DNA of 64,000 bases from IMG/VR virus record IMGVR_UViG_3300023174_006137, positions 32,001 through 96,000 of that record; one strand, given 5' to 3'. The translations under genes were made by a program, and so were the position numbers. Positions 31,116 through 41,866 of the stretch are shown here, in pieces. Position 1 is the first letter of the stretch, and each line of letters starts with the position of its first letter. The DNA is from a virus. The notes beneath the pieces were generated by a model. That model was not told the DNA's origin and did no database searches. It saw nothing but the letters and a program-made list of their open reading frames with translations.

Positions 31116-32171
31116 ATGAAATTTTTTAATTTAGACTGTCATATTTCAGTAATTGCTGATTTGAAAAAAATATTTGAAGATATTGGACATGAAGTAACTT
31201 CTTGGTCTGTTTCTGGACATAATTGGGTATTCAATCGTCCACCAACAGAGGTTGAGATAGTAAATGCTGATACTTGGAGAGAATTAGACGATAAAATGAT
31301 AGAAGATTTTTACAAAAAGTATAAAGACGAATTATCAATATATGATGCTTTTATATGCACTTATCCTTTAACATTTTCTCTTTTATATGAGAAATTTAAT
31401 AAGCCAATAATATTACATATACCAATAAGATATGAAGTTCCTTTTCAATCAAGACCAGAAATGTGGAATAAATTTAATACTTATTTACAAAAGGGAATAG
31501 ATGAGGGTAAAATAATACCAGTAGCTAATTCATTATATGATAAAAAATACTTTGAATTTTTCGTTAAAAGAGAATGCATTTTGATACAAAATTTATGTGA
31601 ATATACGAATACTATTTGGAGTCCAAAATATAATTCTTTTTTATATTCAAGTCGTTTAAGTGTTAACTTTAACACACCACAAATTATAGAAAAACATAAG
31701 TTAGGTAAATATGATTGGTCAGATTTAAGTAATTTTTTAGGTATTATAGTAATACCATATACATCTTCTTTAATGTCAATATTTGAACACTATATGGCAT
31801 GTATACCTTTATTTTTTCCTTCTAAAAATTTTATTATGGAATTATATAAAAAATATGGTGAAGTTGTGTTATCCGAAATAACTTGGAATAGAATTTATGG
31901 ATTAAAATCCGGCTCAGTAATAGATTGTGACAGGAGTAATGATCCTAATGACTTTGAAAATCTTGATATAATGTCTAAATGGATTGATTATTCAGATTTT
32001 TATAACTTAGAAAACATGCCACATATAACATACTTTGATTCTTTTGAAGATTTATTTGTGAAATTAAGCAACACTAATTTAAATGAGGTTCATATTAAGA
32101 TGAAAGAAAATAATATTGAAAGAAAGAAGTTAGTTTATAATTCTTGGAAAAATATTTTAAATAAACTATGA
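31116..32171 (+). CDS. Putative GT-B glycosyltransferase
   Basis: NLDCHISVIAD; IPY..S.MSIFE.Y.A.IPLFFPS. Confidence 0.7.
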   Translation: MKFFNLDCHISVIADLKKIFEDIGHEVTSWSVSGHNWVFNRPPTEVEIVNADTWRELDDKMIEDFYKKYKDELSIYDAFICTYPLTFSLLYEKFNKPIILHIPIRYEVPFQSRPEMWNKFNTYLQKGIDEGKIIPVANSLYDKKYFEFFVKRECILIQNLCEYTNTIWSPKYNSFLYSSRLSVNFNTPQIIEKHKLGKYDWSDLSNFLGIIVIPYTSSLMSIFEHYMACIPLFFPSKNFIMELYKKYGEVVLSEITWNRIYGLKSGSVIDCDRSNDPNDFENLDIMSKWIDYSDFYNLENMPHITYFDSFEDLFVKLSNTNLNEVHIKMKENNIERKKLVYNSWKNILNKL

Positions 32172-32959
32172 ATATAGTAGTAGGAGATACTTCACAACTG
32201 GCATACTTTTTTCCTGATAATTTTATAAAAATATCTTCAAGAAATATTAATATAGGTAATCAAAATTTTGATACAGTTTATCTAACATTTGCCGAACAAA
32301 GAACATTTAATAAAAATTTGTCTGAAAGTGATTTTATAGAAATAAATGTGAACTACACTACCAAAGTTATAAATGAATTATTAGATAAATCAAAAAAAAT
32401 AATAATTTATGGCACTGCTGAATTATGGAATAACCATGATGGAGCAATTGATATAAATTCAAAAATAGATTATAAATATTCATTTTATGTAAAATCTAAA
32501 GAATTACTATATGAAAAATTATTGGAAAATAGACAAAAAAGTCTTTGGCATAATGTATTTATAATACATCCGTTTAATTTTAATTCTCTTAAAAGAAAAG
32601 AAGGTTTTTTATTTCATAAAATTTATGATTCGCTTATTAATAATAAAATTAATAATGTTGGTTATTTAGATATAAATCGTGATATTATACACACTAGTTT
32701 TTTAGCTAAACAATCATTAATTTGTAACGAAGATTGTTTAGTTGGCTCAGGTAAATTAACTAATATAAAAAATTTTATAACTAATTTATTTGGAAAATTT
32801 AATAAACATTATGAAGATTTTCTAATAGAAGATAAAAACGCTTTCTCATTTCACAAAGGAAATGAGTTTTACTTAAAAAGTAATATCATTTATAATAATC
32901 TATTAAATGATACAATTTATGAAATAAATCAGTTACATGAAGCATATAAAATTAGTTAA
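32168..32959 (+). CDS. Divergent NAD-dependent epimerase/reductase (extended SDR)
   Basis: VVGDTSQLA, TAE, YVKSK (YxxxK) and RDIIH motifs. Confidence 0.7.
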   Translation: MNIVVGDTSQLAYFFPDNFIKISSRNINIGNQNFDTVYLTFAEQRTFNKNLSESDFIEINVNYTTKVINELLDKSKKIIIYGTAELWNNHDGAIDINSKIDYKYSFYVKSKELLYEKLLENRQKSLWHNVFIIHPFNFNSLKRKEGFLFHKIYDSLINNKINNVGYLDINRDIIHTSFLAKQSLICNEDCLVGSGKLTNIKNFITNLFGKFNKHYEDFLIEDKNAFSFHKGNEFYLKSNIIYNNLLNDTIYEINQLHEAYKIS

Positions 32960-34103
32960 TGATACAATAAACTCAGAAGATATTTCTGAATTGATAGAAT
33001 GGTTAAAAACAAATCCTAAACTTACAAAGGGTAATCTTACTGTTCGGTTTGAAGATGAGTGGTCAAAATGGTTAAACAGAAAATATTCTGTTTTCTTAAA
33101 TTCAGGTTCTTCTGCCAATTTAGCTATGATTTACAGTCTTTTAATCTCAAAAAAATTAAAAAATAATAAAATAATTTTACCTACTGTATCTTGGGTTACT
33201 ACTGTAACTCCTGCCATGCATTTTGGAATGGAGCCAATACTTTGTGAATGTGATAAAGATACACTAGGTGTAGATATAGAATATTTGGAAGATTTGTTTA
33301 AAAAACACAATCCGTCAATACTAATGATAGTACATGTGTTAGCATTTCCTAATAAAATGGCAGAAATTATTAATTTGTGTAATCAATATGATGTTATCTT
33401 GCTAGAAGATTCTTGTGAATCAATCGGTTCAACATACAATGATGTTAAAACAGGCAATTTTGGATTAATGAGTTCTTTCTCTTTTTACTACGGTCATCAT
33501 ATGTCAACTATTGAAGGTGGTATGGTTTCCACGGATAATGAAGAATTATATAATATATTATTATCAATAAGAGCGCATGGGTGGGATAGAGATTTTAATA
33601 AAGAATTACAAAATGATTTTAGAACAAAAAATAATGTAACAGATTTTAAAGCATTATATACATTTTATTATCCTGGATTTAATTTAAGATCTACTGATTT
33701 GCAAGCATTTATTGGATTAAATCAAATAAAAAAAATTGATAATTTTTCTAAAATTAGAAATAAAAATTATCAAATATATAATTCAAAAATTAAAAATAAT
33801 TTTTGGAAAATTAAAAAATTAGATAATTGTTTTTATTCTAATTTTGCATATCCAATAATAACACCAAATATTGAAAATCTTTCACAAGAACTTATTAAAA
33901 ATAATGTCGAGTGTCGTCCTTTGGTTTGTGGTTCAATAGGATTACAACCATTTTGGAAAAATTATTATGGACAACAAAATTTTAATTTTGGTGATATAGT
34001 CCATAATTATGGACTGTATTTGCCTAATAATCAAGATATAAAAGAACAAGAAATTGATTTTATATGCGATATTGTTAATAAATATACTAATTATGAAATT
34101 TAA
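32937..34103 (+). CDS. PLP-dependent DegT/DnrJ family, ColD-like GDP-4-keto-6-deoxymannose 3-dehydratase
   Basis: NSGSSANL, EDSCES, SFYYGHHMSTIEGG (His at the usual Schiff-base Lys), RAHGW.R, PG.NLR. Confidence 0.85.
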   Translation: MKHIKLVNDTINSEDISELIEWLKTNPKLTKGNLTVRFEDEWSKWLNRKYSVFLNSGSSANLAMIYSLLISKKLKNNKIILPTVSWVTTVTPAMHFGMEPILCECDKDTLGVDIEYLEDLFKKHNPSILMIVHVLAFPNKMAEIINLCNQYDVILLEDSCESIGSTYNDVKTGNFGLMSSFSFYYGHHMSTIEGGMVSTDNEELYNILLSIRAHGWDRDFNKELQNDFRTKNNVTDFKALYTFYYPGFNLRSTDLQAFIGLNQIKKIDNFSKIRNKNYQIYNSKIKNNFWKIKKLDNCFYSNFAYPIITPNIENLSQELIKNNVECRPLVCGSIGLQPFWKNYYGQQNFNFGDIVHNYGLYLPNNQDIKEQEIDFICDIVNKYTNYEI

Positions 34104-34884
34104 TGAATTTAACTTTACTGATAAAGATATAATAACAACAGATGGTTATTTAGATTTTTGTCTGAGTAATAATATATGTTATGTCAAAACTGATTTTTTT
34201 TATTTAAATCAACAATTTAATTGGAGAGGAGAAGTACATCCAAAATTTTTAAATAAAAATATAGTAATAGGACACTCAGATTATCCTATTGTAGATGAAA
34301 TATCGTTACGTTTTGATAAAGTATTATGTATAAATAAAGTTTCTAAAAATAAAAATACATTAGGAATGCCACTTGGTATTTGTAACGATACAGATGAATC
34401 AGAGTTACATAGAATATTTGGTAATAAAAATTGCTTAATAGAAACTAAAGATAAAAATATAGAAAAGAAAAATATAGTTTATCTAAATTTTAATATAGGT
34501 AATTTCACAAGTGAAAGAAAATTAGTTTTTGATTTATTTAACAATAAAGATTTTGTATTAAAAACAGAAATTGAACATAGTTTTGAGGGTAGAAAAAAAT
34601 ACTTAGAAGAAATAAAATCTTCAAAATTTGTATTGTGTCCCAGAGGAAACGGAATAGACACCCACAGAATATGGGAAACTTTATATATGGGTAGTATACC
34701 AATTGTTAAATATGAAGATGCTCACGAATTATTTACTGATTTGCCAATTTTATTTATAAAAGAATGGTCTTTTTTAAATAAAAATTTTTTAGAAGATAAA
34801 TACACAGAAATTATAAATAGTGATTGGAATTTAGATAAATTAAAGCAAAGTTATTGGAATAATTTCATAATAAATAATATGTAA
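34093..34884 (+). CDS. Exostosin-like (GT47) glycosyltransferase
   Basis: KFVLCPRGNGIDTHRIWETLYMGSIPIV; likely start ATG 34093. Confidence 0.85.
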   Translation: MKFNEFNFTDKDIITTDGYLDFCLSNNICYVKTDFFYLNQQFNWRGEVHPKFLNKNIVIGHSDYPIVDEISLRFDKVLCINKVSKNKNTLGMPLGICNDTDESELHRIFGNKNCLIETKDKNIEKKNIVYLNFNIGNFTSERKLVFDLFNNKDFVLKTEIEHSFEGRKKYLEEIKSSKFVLCPRGNGIDTHRIWETLYMGSIPIVKYEDAHELFTDLPILFIKEWSFLNKNFLEDKYTEIINSDWNLDKLKQSYWNNFIINNM

Positions 34885-34887
34885 CAT

Positions 34888-35643
34888 ATGAATGATAATA
34901 TCGGAATAGGAATTATGACTTCTATAAATTTAAAGGAAAGATTTACAGCCTGTAAAAATACTTGGCTTAGAGATTTTAGTAATGTTTATTTATTTGGAGG
35001 AAATATACCATGTGATGGATTGATTTCTATAAAAGAAGCTGGAGAAGATTGGTCTAGTGCGTTATTGAAACAACAATTAGGATTAAAATATATGTATGAA
35101 GATAATCCTAATTATGATTGGTATAGTATATCTGGATGTGATAATATCCTTTTTAAAAATAGAGTTATTAATGAGTTAAATAAATTTAATCCTAACACAG
35201 ATTTATTAATATCACAACCTTGTGGATTATGGAATGATTATCCACAAATACATGAAATAAATTCATCAAAAAATGATGGTATAAATTTTAGAGCAATCGC
35301 TGGTGGTGCTAGTTTTTTCATAAGTAACTCGTTGATGAAAAAATGTTATTATATAATTGATCAATTTAATAAAAAATGGAATAATATATCTGGTAGTAAT
35401 TATGGTTGCTCTGATGTAGCACTATCTTATATGTTAAAATTGTACTTTGATATAGAAGTAACCCATTCTCCATATATGCTAAGCCAGAATATTGAACATT
35501 ATCAGGGTGCAATTATGGGCGATGAAAACTCGAAATGGTACTTAGATTTTCCAATTTCGTTGTCAGAAGCTATAAAAAGCCCAATTAGTCTACATTATAT
35601 AAAACCAGAAAAAATGGAAGAAATTTATAAAAAATATATTTAA
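34888..35643 (+). CDS. GT31/Fringe-like glycosyltransferase
   Basis: R..ACK.TW, YDWY...GCD, GGA.F..S, SDVA and ISLHY motifs. Confidence 0.7.
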   Translation: MNDNIGIGIMTSINLKERFTACKNTWLRDFSNVYLFGGNIPCDGLISIKEAGEDWSSALLKQQLGLKYMYEDNPNYDWYSISGCDNILFKNRVINELNKFNPNTDLLISQPCGLWNDYPQIHEINSSKNDGINFRAIAGGASFFISNSLMKKCYYIIDQFNKKWNNISGSNYGCSDVALSYMLKLYFDIEVTHSPYMLSQNIEHYQGAIMGDENSKWYLDFPISLSEAIKSPISLHYIKPEKMEEIYKKYI

Positions 35644-35646
35644 AAC

Positions 35647-36342
35647 ATGATTGTAATAGCTACAAATAATAGTTGCGTTGAGAGAATATGTAGGGGCGAA
35701 AATATACCTAGAAAAAATTTTTTAGATTCGGTGTTAAAATCAATTAATAACATTGATTATAATGGTAAAGTGTTAGTTGTTGACACAGGTTCAACAGATG
35801 CGGAAAGTATAGATTTTTTAGAATTGTTAAAAGAAAAGGAATTTAATTTTAATTTGAAAATAGATAGGATTACACAATCTTTTCCAATGAATGCATATAT
35901 GTATGCATTTGAAAATTATGATTGTGATGAATATATTTTCATACAAGATTCAATAGAAATAAAAAATAAAGAATTTATTGAGGTAATCAATAATTCATTA
36001 AATGAAAATAATTTAATATGTTGGGTAGTGTGTTCAACTTGTGGATTTGATACCGAAGAACAAAAACAATTTGTTGTTAATGCAACTGGTGGTAGTGTTT
36101 ATGATAAATTAATTTTTGGTCCAATGTTTTTTGGTAAAAAAAATATTATAAAAAAATTATTTAACCAAATAAAAATAAAACCTTCTATTAAAAGCGAAGA
36201 AAGTGGTATGGAAAGAGGACTTGGTGTATTATGCAAAATGAATAATATTGATATAATACCAATAGATGGTGAATATAATTTTTATGCAATGGTAAATAAT
36301 TCATATAAATATATAACAAAATATCACGCAGATAGAAAATGA
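35647..36342 (+). CDS. GT-A fold glycosyltransferase-like
   Basis: VVDTGSTD, FIQDS, FGPMF and MER motifs; similar pattern to 26997-27737. Confidence 0.7.
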   Translation: MIVIATNNSCVERICRGENIPRKNFLDSVLKSINNIDYNGKVLVVDTGSTDAESIDFLELLKEKEFNFNLKIDRITQSFPMNAYMYAFENYDCDEYIFIQDSIEIKNKEFIEVINNSLNENNLICWVVCSTCGFDTEEQKQFVVNATGGSVYDKLIFGPMFFGKKNIIKKLFNQIKIKPSIKSEESGMERGLGVLCKMNNIDIIPIDGEYNFYAMVNNSYKYITKYHADRK

Positions 36343-37034
36343 AAATATGTATTCTATATACTGGACAAATTAGAATAAATGAAATAGAAAAAAATATTAA
36401 TTTTTTAATGGATGATGAAAATGAATATTTTATTCTTTTAAATACTTGGAATGATCAAGATGTGAGCGAATTTAAAAATATTTTTAGTAATTCAATAATT
36501 AAATTTAATGAACGTCCTACGGATGATTTGGTTAATAAAATCTCAGAAAATGCTAATATTGTTTACCCTAATTGTTATATAAATCCATTTTATAATTATA
36601 CTTGTAGTTTATACATAAAATATAAATCTATCGAATTTTTAGAAGAAATTAATATTGCTTTTGATGTTATAGTTATATTGAGGACAGATACTAAATTATG
36701 GAAAAATATTTCTTATTTATATAAAAATATAGAAGATAATAGTATATATACGCCGATTGGTCCAACATTTGATATATCAGGTGATGTTCTTTACGGTCAA
36801 AATTCTTGTTCCGATGTAATATTTTTTGGAAAACCAGAAACTATAAAATTAGCTTTAAACCAAATAAATAATATCGATGTAACTAAATATAATGGCAATT
36901 ATATTCATCCAGAAACAAGTTTATGTAACTACTTTAAATATTTAAATTTAAATATAGTAAGATGTCAATTTGATGCTTTTTTAGTACCAAGAGATGGAAA
37001 TCATGAATTAATAGGTTATAATTTTATATTATGA
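36339..37034 (+). CDS. Putative glycosyltransferase
   Basis: ICILYTGQIR, TW, FDVIVILRTD, SDVIFFG and HPET motifs. Confidence 0.7.
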   Translation: MKICILYTGQIRINEIEKNINFLMDDENEYFILLNTWNDQDVSEFKNIFSNSIIKFNERPTDDLVNKISENANIVYPNCYINPFYNYTCSLYIKYKSIEFLEEINIAFDVIVILRTDTKLWKNISYLYKNIEDNSIYTPIGPTFDISGDVLYGQNSCSDVIFFGKPETIKLALNQINNIDVTKYNGNYIHPETSLCNYFKYLNLNIVRCQFDAFLVPRDGNHELIGYNFIL

Positions 37035-38236
37035 TAGTAGATTTAAAAGAAAGACTAATAAAAAACTATTTACCTGCGGATGAGAATGGCAGAGAAATTA
37101 ATTTATATAAACTAAAAAATGTATCACCATATGGTGATACATTTTATCCAAATTGTCTATTTAATGATGAACAAGGCAATATATTTAATCCGTCAAGTGA
37201 GAAAGTAATGTCATTGAATGGTATTACTTTTATAAATAAAAATCAAAAAAATGAAATTATAAACAAAGAAGAAACACCATTATTTTTCTTTATTTATAAC
37301 ACTGATAATTATTATCATTTTGTTTATGATTCTTTGCCTTATTTAATCACTTTTTTAGATTTAAAAGAAAAAGTGTCAAATATTAAATTATTAATGAATT
37401 ATCCAAATTTTACTAAAACAGAATTTTATAAATTCATTATCGAGTTTTTAAATTTATTGAATATAAGTATGGATGATATATTGATAATAGATAAAAACAC
37501 AATTTATAGCGAAATTTATATATCTTCATCATATACTCATGATATAGATTCAAATTTACCACCAAGAAAAGAAATATATGATTTTTACCAATCAATAGTT
37601 AAAAACATAAAACAAAATTATACAAATACTAAAGATTTGCCAAAAAAGATATATATATCCAGAAGAACATGGATACATGGTGACACTTCAAATATAGGAA
37701 CAAATTATACTACTCGTAGAAAATTAATAAATGAGGATGATTTAGTTGATACATTGAAAAAATATGGATTTAAAGAAATTTTTACTGAAAATTTAGGCAC
37801 TATAGAAAAAATATTATTATTTAATAATGCAGATATAGTAATTGGTCCAATAGGTGGTGGATTATGTAATGTTTTATTTTCTAAAAAAGATTGTAGATTG
37901 ATATCAATAAACTCTCCGACATTTATGGATATAAATAAAAGATTTAAATATTGTTTTTCTAATATTAATACAGACTACTTTGATGAAACGGAGCACATAG
38001 AAAAAAATATTTGGAAAAAATGGATGCGTGTAAAATCTGGTAATATAGTTGGAGAAATAGAAAATGTAGAAGAGGAATATATAGACGTGATGTATACTGA
38101 CGAATCAATTGCTGGATGGAATAATGGTATCAATTATAAAAAAATTAAATTAAAAAAACAAGATTCTACGCCATTAGATAATGGGTTAAACTCAAATTGG
38201 ATTGTAGATATAAAAAAATTGATTTCTTATATATGA
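37031..38236 (+). CDS. GT61 (DUF563) glycosyltransferase
   Basis: NYYHF..D.LP, KIYISR, R.LINE and F.NA.IVIGP.GGGL.N.LF motifs. Confidence 0.85.
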   Translation: MIVDLKERLIKNYLPADENGREINLYKLKNVSPYGDTFYPNCLFNDEQGNIFNPSSEKVMSLNGITFINKNQKNEIINKEETPLFFFIYNTDNYYHFVYDSLPYLITFLDLKEKVSNIKLLMNYPNFTKTEFYKFIIEFLNLLNISMDDILIIDKNTIYSEIYISSSYTHDIDSNLPPRKEIYDFYQSIVKNIKQNYTNTKDLPKKIYISRRTWIHGDTSNIGTNYTTRRKLINEDDLVDTLKKYGFKEIFTENLGTIEKILLFNNADIVIGPIGGGLCNVLFSKKDCRLISINSPTFMDINKRFKYCFSNINTDYFDETEHIEKNIWKKWMRVKSGNIVGEIENVEEEYIDVMYTDESIAGWNNGINYKKIKLKKQDSTPLDNGLNSNWIVDIKKLISYI

Positions 38237-38976
38237 AATTTATATTTTTTACACATACAGAATATTCACATTTATGGAATATTATGTTACATTTTATTGA
38301 AATTAATAAAATAGATGCAATACTGGCAATTAATGAACCATCTGATTTTTTTATGGATAAAAAAATACAAACTATAATTTATCCACAAGATACTTACGCA
38401 AATAAAGTAAAATTCATAATATCAAAAATTGATGATGATTATTTCGTGTGGAATCATGATATATTTTTAATGATTAGTATAAATATGAATTTATTAGAAA
38501 CTTTAAAAAATATTATGATACAAAAAAATATTGATAAAATATCGATGCATGGTTATGATAATTACACCTATGATATCATTACTGTCAATGAACAAATAGA
38601 TATAGTTAGAAATAAAGATTTTTTTCTATATTCAGTAGGACCAGCTATTTGGAAAAAATCTACTTTAATAGACGTGATGAGTACATTTTCTAATAGGACA
38701 TATAGAGATATTGAAAATAATGATGTTCAAGATTATATGAATAAAAATTATATAATTTACCAAATATGTGCTAACAAAGAAGATGATATTTATCATTGGC
38801 ATCACTATTTTAATAAAAATTTCCAAATATGCCAAATATTTAATGGCGGAAAACTTGTTAATTTTGATTTAGGTAATAATAAAAATTATATATCAGATTA
38901 TAAAAGTTTAATATTTGATTATTTAGATAAAAATAAAATAGAAATTAATCAAACAAAAAGTTTTGAAAGAAGTTAA
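38233..38976 (+). CDS. Putative glycosyltransferase
   Basis: YANKV, WNHDIF and YSVGPAIWKK motifs; likely start ATG 38233. Confidence 0.6.
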   Translation: MKFIFFTHTEYSHLWNIMLHFIEINKIDAILAINEPSDFFMDKKIQTIIYPQDTYANKVKFIISKIDDDYFVWNHDIFLMISINMNLLETLKNIMIQKNIDKISMHGYDNYTYDIITVNEQIDIVRNKDFFLYSVGPAIWKKSTLIDVMSTFSNRTYRDIENNDVQDYMNKNYIIYQICANKEDDIYHWHHYFNKNFQICQIFNGGKLVNFDLGNNKNYISDYKSLIFDYLDKNKIEINQTKSFERS

Positions 38977-40409
38977 TGAAAGCAGCATTATTAATATCAG
39001 GATATATAAGAACATTTAAAGATAATTTACCAAATTTAAAAAAACAAATTTTAGATAAATTTGATGATTTAGATATTTATATACATGTTACAAAAAATAG
39101 CAATAAAGATGACAAATATTTAAATATTGGTAGTGATATTGAAGAAATTGATAAAATTCTTAATCCTGTTTGTTTATTACATGAAGATAATATTGAATTA
39201 TCAGAGGATAAATTAATTAATAATACGCTTAATTTATGGTTTAAATATTATAAGCTTAATAACATAAGAAAAAATAACGAATTAATAAAAGGTGAATATG
39301 ATATAATAATAAAATATCGCCCAGATTTAAATATTATATCAGATGGTGTATTTACTACTGATATATCAAAAAATATAATTTATATGCCAGAAGATTCAAA
39401 AATAGATAAATCTAAATTGGTAAATAAAGATGATAAATACTTATGTGATGTATTTGCTTTTGGAAATTCGTCAGTTATGAACACATACCTAAATATTTAT
39501 GAAAAATTAGAACAACTTATAGCCAAATATAAAACACATGTTTCCGAAACATTATTATATAATTATATTAATGAAAATAATTTAAAATATGAATTATTAC
39601 CAATCGATTACAATTTATTATTATCGAGATGTAATATATTTGCTATTGCTGGCGATTCTGGTAGTGGTAAAACAACTCTTGGTACTATACTACAAAAGTA
39701 CTTTACTAATTCATTTATATTAGAATGTGATAGATATCATAAGTGGGAAAGAAAAGATAATAATTGGAGCAAATATACACATTTAAATCCAGAAGCTAAT
39801 TATCTATGTAAAATGAATAAAGATATATATGATTTAAAAATTGGTAAAACAATATATCAAGTTGACTATGATCATTCAAGTGGAAAATTTACACAACCAG
39901 AAAAAATAAATAGTTCAGACAATATAATTGTAAGTGGATTACATTCTTTATATAATAATGATGACAATATTTATAATTTAAAAATATTTATAGACACTGA
40001 TTTAACTTTAAAATATACTTGGAAAATAAAAAGAGATATTGTTAAAAGGGGATATTCAAAAGAGAAAATTATAGAACAGATAGAAAATAGGAAAGAGGAT
40101 TATCTAAAATATATTTTACCACAAAAAGAAAACTCTGATATAATAATAAATTTCTTTACAGATAAACCTTTTGATATAGATAATTTAGAAGATAATTTAG
40201 ATATTAAATTAAAAATTTTAATTAATAAAAAATTTGATATCAAATCAATATTAAATAATTTTCTCGATGTTGGTATAAATTTTAAATTAAGCAGAAATGA
40301 TAATTTTAACGAGGTTGTATTCACACAATATCAATATAAAATATTGGATTTGAAATTAAATAATAATAATTATTATGACTATATTTTATATTTCATATTA
40401 AACTTATAA
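38976..40409 (+). CDS. Fusion of a putative glycosyltransferase and a phosphoribulokinase/uridine kinase-like domain
   Basis: N-terminal ALLISGYIR...YDIIIKYRPD...CDVFAFG...SET; C-terminal AIAGDSGSGKTT, DRYH, NPEAN, YDH..G.F, GLH, WKI.RD..KRG, YI.PQ. Confidence 0.85.
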   Translation: MKAALLISGYIRTFKDNLPNLKKQILDKFDDLDIYIHVTKNSNKDDKYLNIGSDIEEIDKILNPVCLLHEDNIELSEDKLINNTLNLWFKYYKLNNIRKNNELIKGEYDIIIKYRPDLNIISDGVFTTDISKNIIYMPEDSKIDKSKLVNKDDKYLCDVFAFGNSSVMNTYLNIYEKLEQLIAKYKTHVSETLLYNYINENNLKYELLPIDYNLLLSRCNIFAIAGDSGSGKTTLGTILQKYFTNSFILECDRYHKWERKDNNWSKYTHLNPEANYLCKMNKDIYDLKIGKTIYQVDYDHSSGKFTQPEKINSSDNIIVSGLHSLYNNDDNIYNLKIFIDTDLTLKYTWKIKRDIVKRGYSKEKIIEQIENRKEDYLKYILPQKENSDIIINFFTDKPFDIDNLEDNLDIKLKILINKKFDIKSILNNFLDVGINFKLSRNDNFNEVVFTQYQYKILDLKLNNNNYYDYILYFILNL

Positions 40410-40425
40410 TATCTTTATAATATAA
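40400..40425 (+). promoter_or_regulatory. Candidate internal promoter AAAC-N16-ATATAA
   Basis: Directly before ATG 40431. Confidence 0.4.
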
Positions 40426-40430
40426 ACATT

Positions 40431-41108
40431 ATGTTTAATAAATGTGAGACAGATTTGATAAAATTATCTGAAAATGTAGCCAAATATTGTGTTGGCATGG
40501 AAGGTAATATATCAGGTAAAGTTGGTAATGGGCTTTTGATAAAAGCTAGCGGAGCAAAATTAAACTGTTTATCTAAAAAAGATTTAGTTTTGTTTGATTT
40601 TAAAGGATTACAATTATCAAATTTTGATAATAAAGGTAGTATGGAATTAGAATTCCATATACATTTAATGGAGTTTGAGGATATTAATTACATATCGCAT
40701 ACTCATCCAACAAATACAATAAAAATTCTATGTAGTACAGAATATAGTAAACTTTTTTCTGAAAAAAGATTATTTCCTGATCAAGTTATTTTTAATGGGA
40801 AAAAATCTTGTTTTATACCATACGCTAAACCAGGAAGCGATTTAAATGTTGTTATTAAAAAATGTATTACTTCATTCATAGAAATAGAAAAATTTTTTCC
40901 TAAATTAATTTTATTAGAAAATCATGGAATAATTGCTTGTGGTAAAACTGTTGATGAGTGTGTAATTATAACTGAAATTTGTGAAAAAGCAGCTGAAATT
41001 TTCATAGGTGCAAAAATGTTAGGTGATATTAAATTTTTAACGGATAAAGAGATAAATGACTTAACTAATGATAAAAAAGAAAAATATAGACAAAATTTAT
41101 TAAAATGA
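40431..41108 (+). CDS. Class II aldolase/adducin family protein
   Basis: EGNIS, IKASG, SME..FH, HTHP and LENHG Zn ligands. Confidence 0.88.
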   Translation: MFNKCETDLIKLSENVAKYCVGMEGNISGKVGNGLLIKASGAKLNCLSKKDLVLFDFKGLQLSNFDNKGSMELEFHIHLMEFEDINYISHTHPTNTIKILCSTEYSKLFSEKRLFPDQVIFNGKKSCFIPYAKPGSDLNVVIKKCITSFIEIEKFFPKLILLENHGIIACGKTVDECVIITEICEKAAEIFIGAKMLGDIKFLTDKEINDLTNDKKEKYRQNLLK

Positions 41109-41398
41109 AAGTAATATACGTTGATATAGATGAAACAATATGTGAGACACCTCAGCCACGAAATTATTTTAATGCTAAACCTATTAAAAAGAACATTGAA
41201 AAAATAAATAAATTGTATGATGAAGGTCATACAATTGTATATTGGACAGCAAGAGGAAGTAGAACACAAATTGATTGGTATAAATTAACCAAAACACAAT
41301 TAGACGAATGGGGAGCTAAATATCATGAATTAAATTGTAAAAAACCTTACTATGATGTATTCATAGATGATAAAACATTACGCATTGAAGAAATATGA
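41105..41398 (+). CDS. Small HAD phosphatase (capsule-biosynthesis type)
   Basis: VDIDETIC, WTARG and KP.YD.FIDDK motifs. Confidence 0.85.
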   Translation: MKVIYVDIDETICETPQPRNYFNAKPIKKNIEKINKLYDEGHTIVYWTARGSRTQIDWYKLTKTQLDEWGAKYHELNCKKPYYDVFIDDKTLRIEEI

Positions 41399-41865
41399 AA
41401 TTAATATCACATAGAGGAAATATGATAGGCCCAAATATAGATCGTGAAAATTCGCCATCTTATATAGATACAGCAATATCAGCTGGATATGATGTTGAAA
41501 TTGATATTCGTTATATCAATAATAAGTTTTATTTAGGACATGACACACCAGATTATGAGGTTACAGAAAATTGGTTACATAAAAGAAAAGATAAATTATG
41601 GATTCATTGTAAAAATTTAGAAGCTGCGAATATTTTATCAGAAATGAATATGATATTTTTTTGTCATACACAAGATTCTTATGTTTTAACAAGTAATAAT
41701 TATATATGGGTACATGATTTAAAACTTAAAATTGGTATTAAAACAATAATACCATTATTGAGCGATAAAGATATTATAAATTATAACGGTGATATTGTAT
41801 ACGCTATATGTACCGATTTTATAAATTTTGCAAAATTTAATTTAAAAGAAAAAGGATTATATTAA
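41395..41865 (+). CDS. Glycerophosphodiester phosphodiesterase-like protein
   Basis: ISHRGN, ENSP, DVEID, LGHD, WIHCKN and ICTD motifs. Confidence 0.82.
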   Translation: MKLISHRGNMIGPNIDRENSPSYIDTAISAGYDVEIDIRYINNKFYLGHDTPDYEVTENWLHKRKDKLWIHCKNLEAANILSEMNMIFFCHTQDSYVLTSNNYIWVHDLKLKIGIKTIIPLLSDKDIINYNGDIVYAICTDFINFAKFNLKEKGLY

Positions 41866-41866
41866 T

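Noticed and set aside
38976-40409. Calvin-cycle auxiliary gene (PRK)
   Set aside because: Fused to a GT-like domain inside a glycan operon; no RuBisCO or CP12; the host signals point to Bacteroidota
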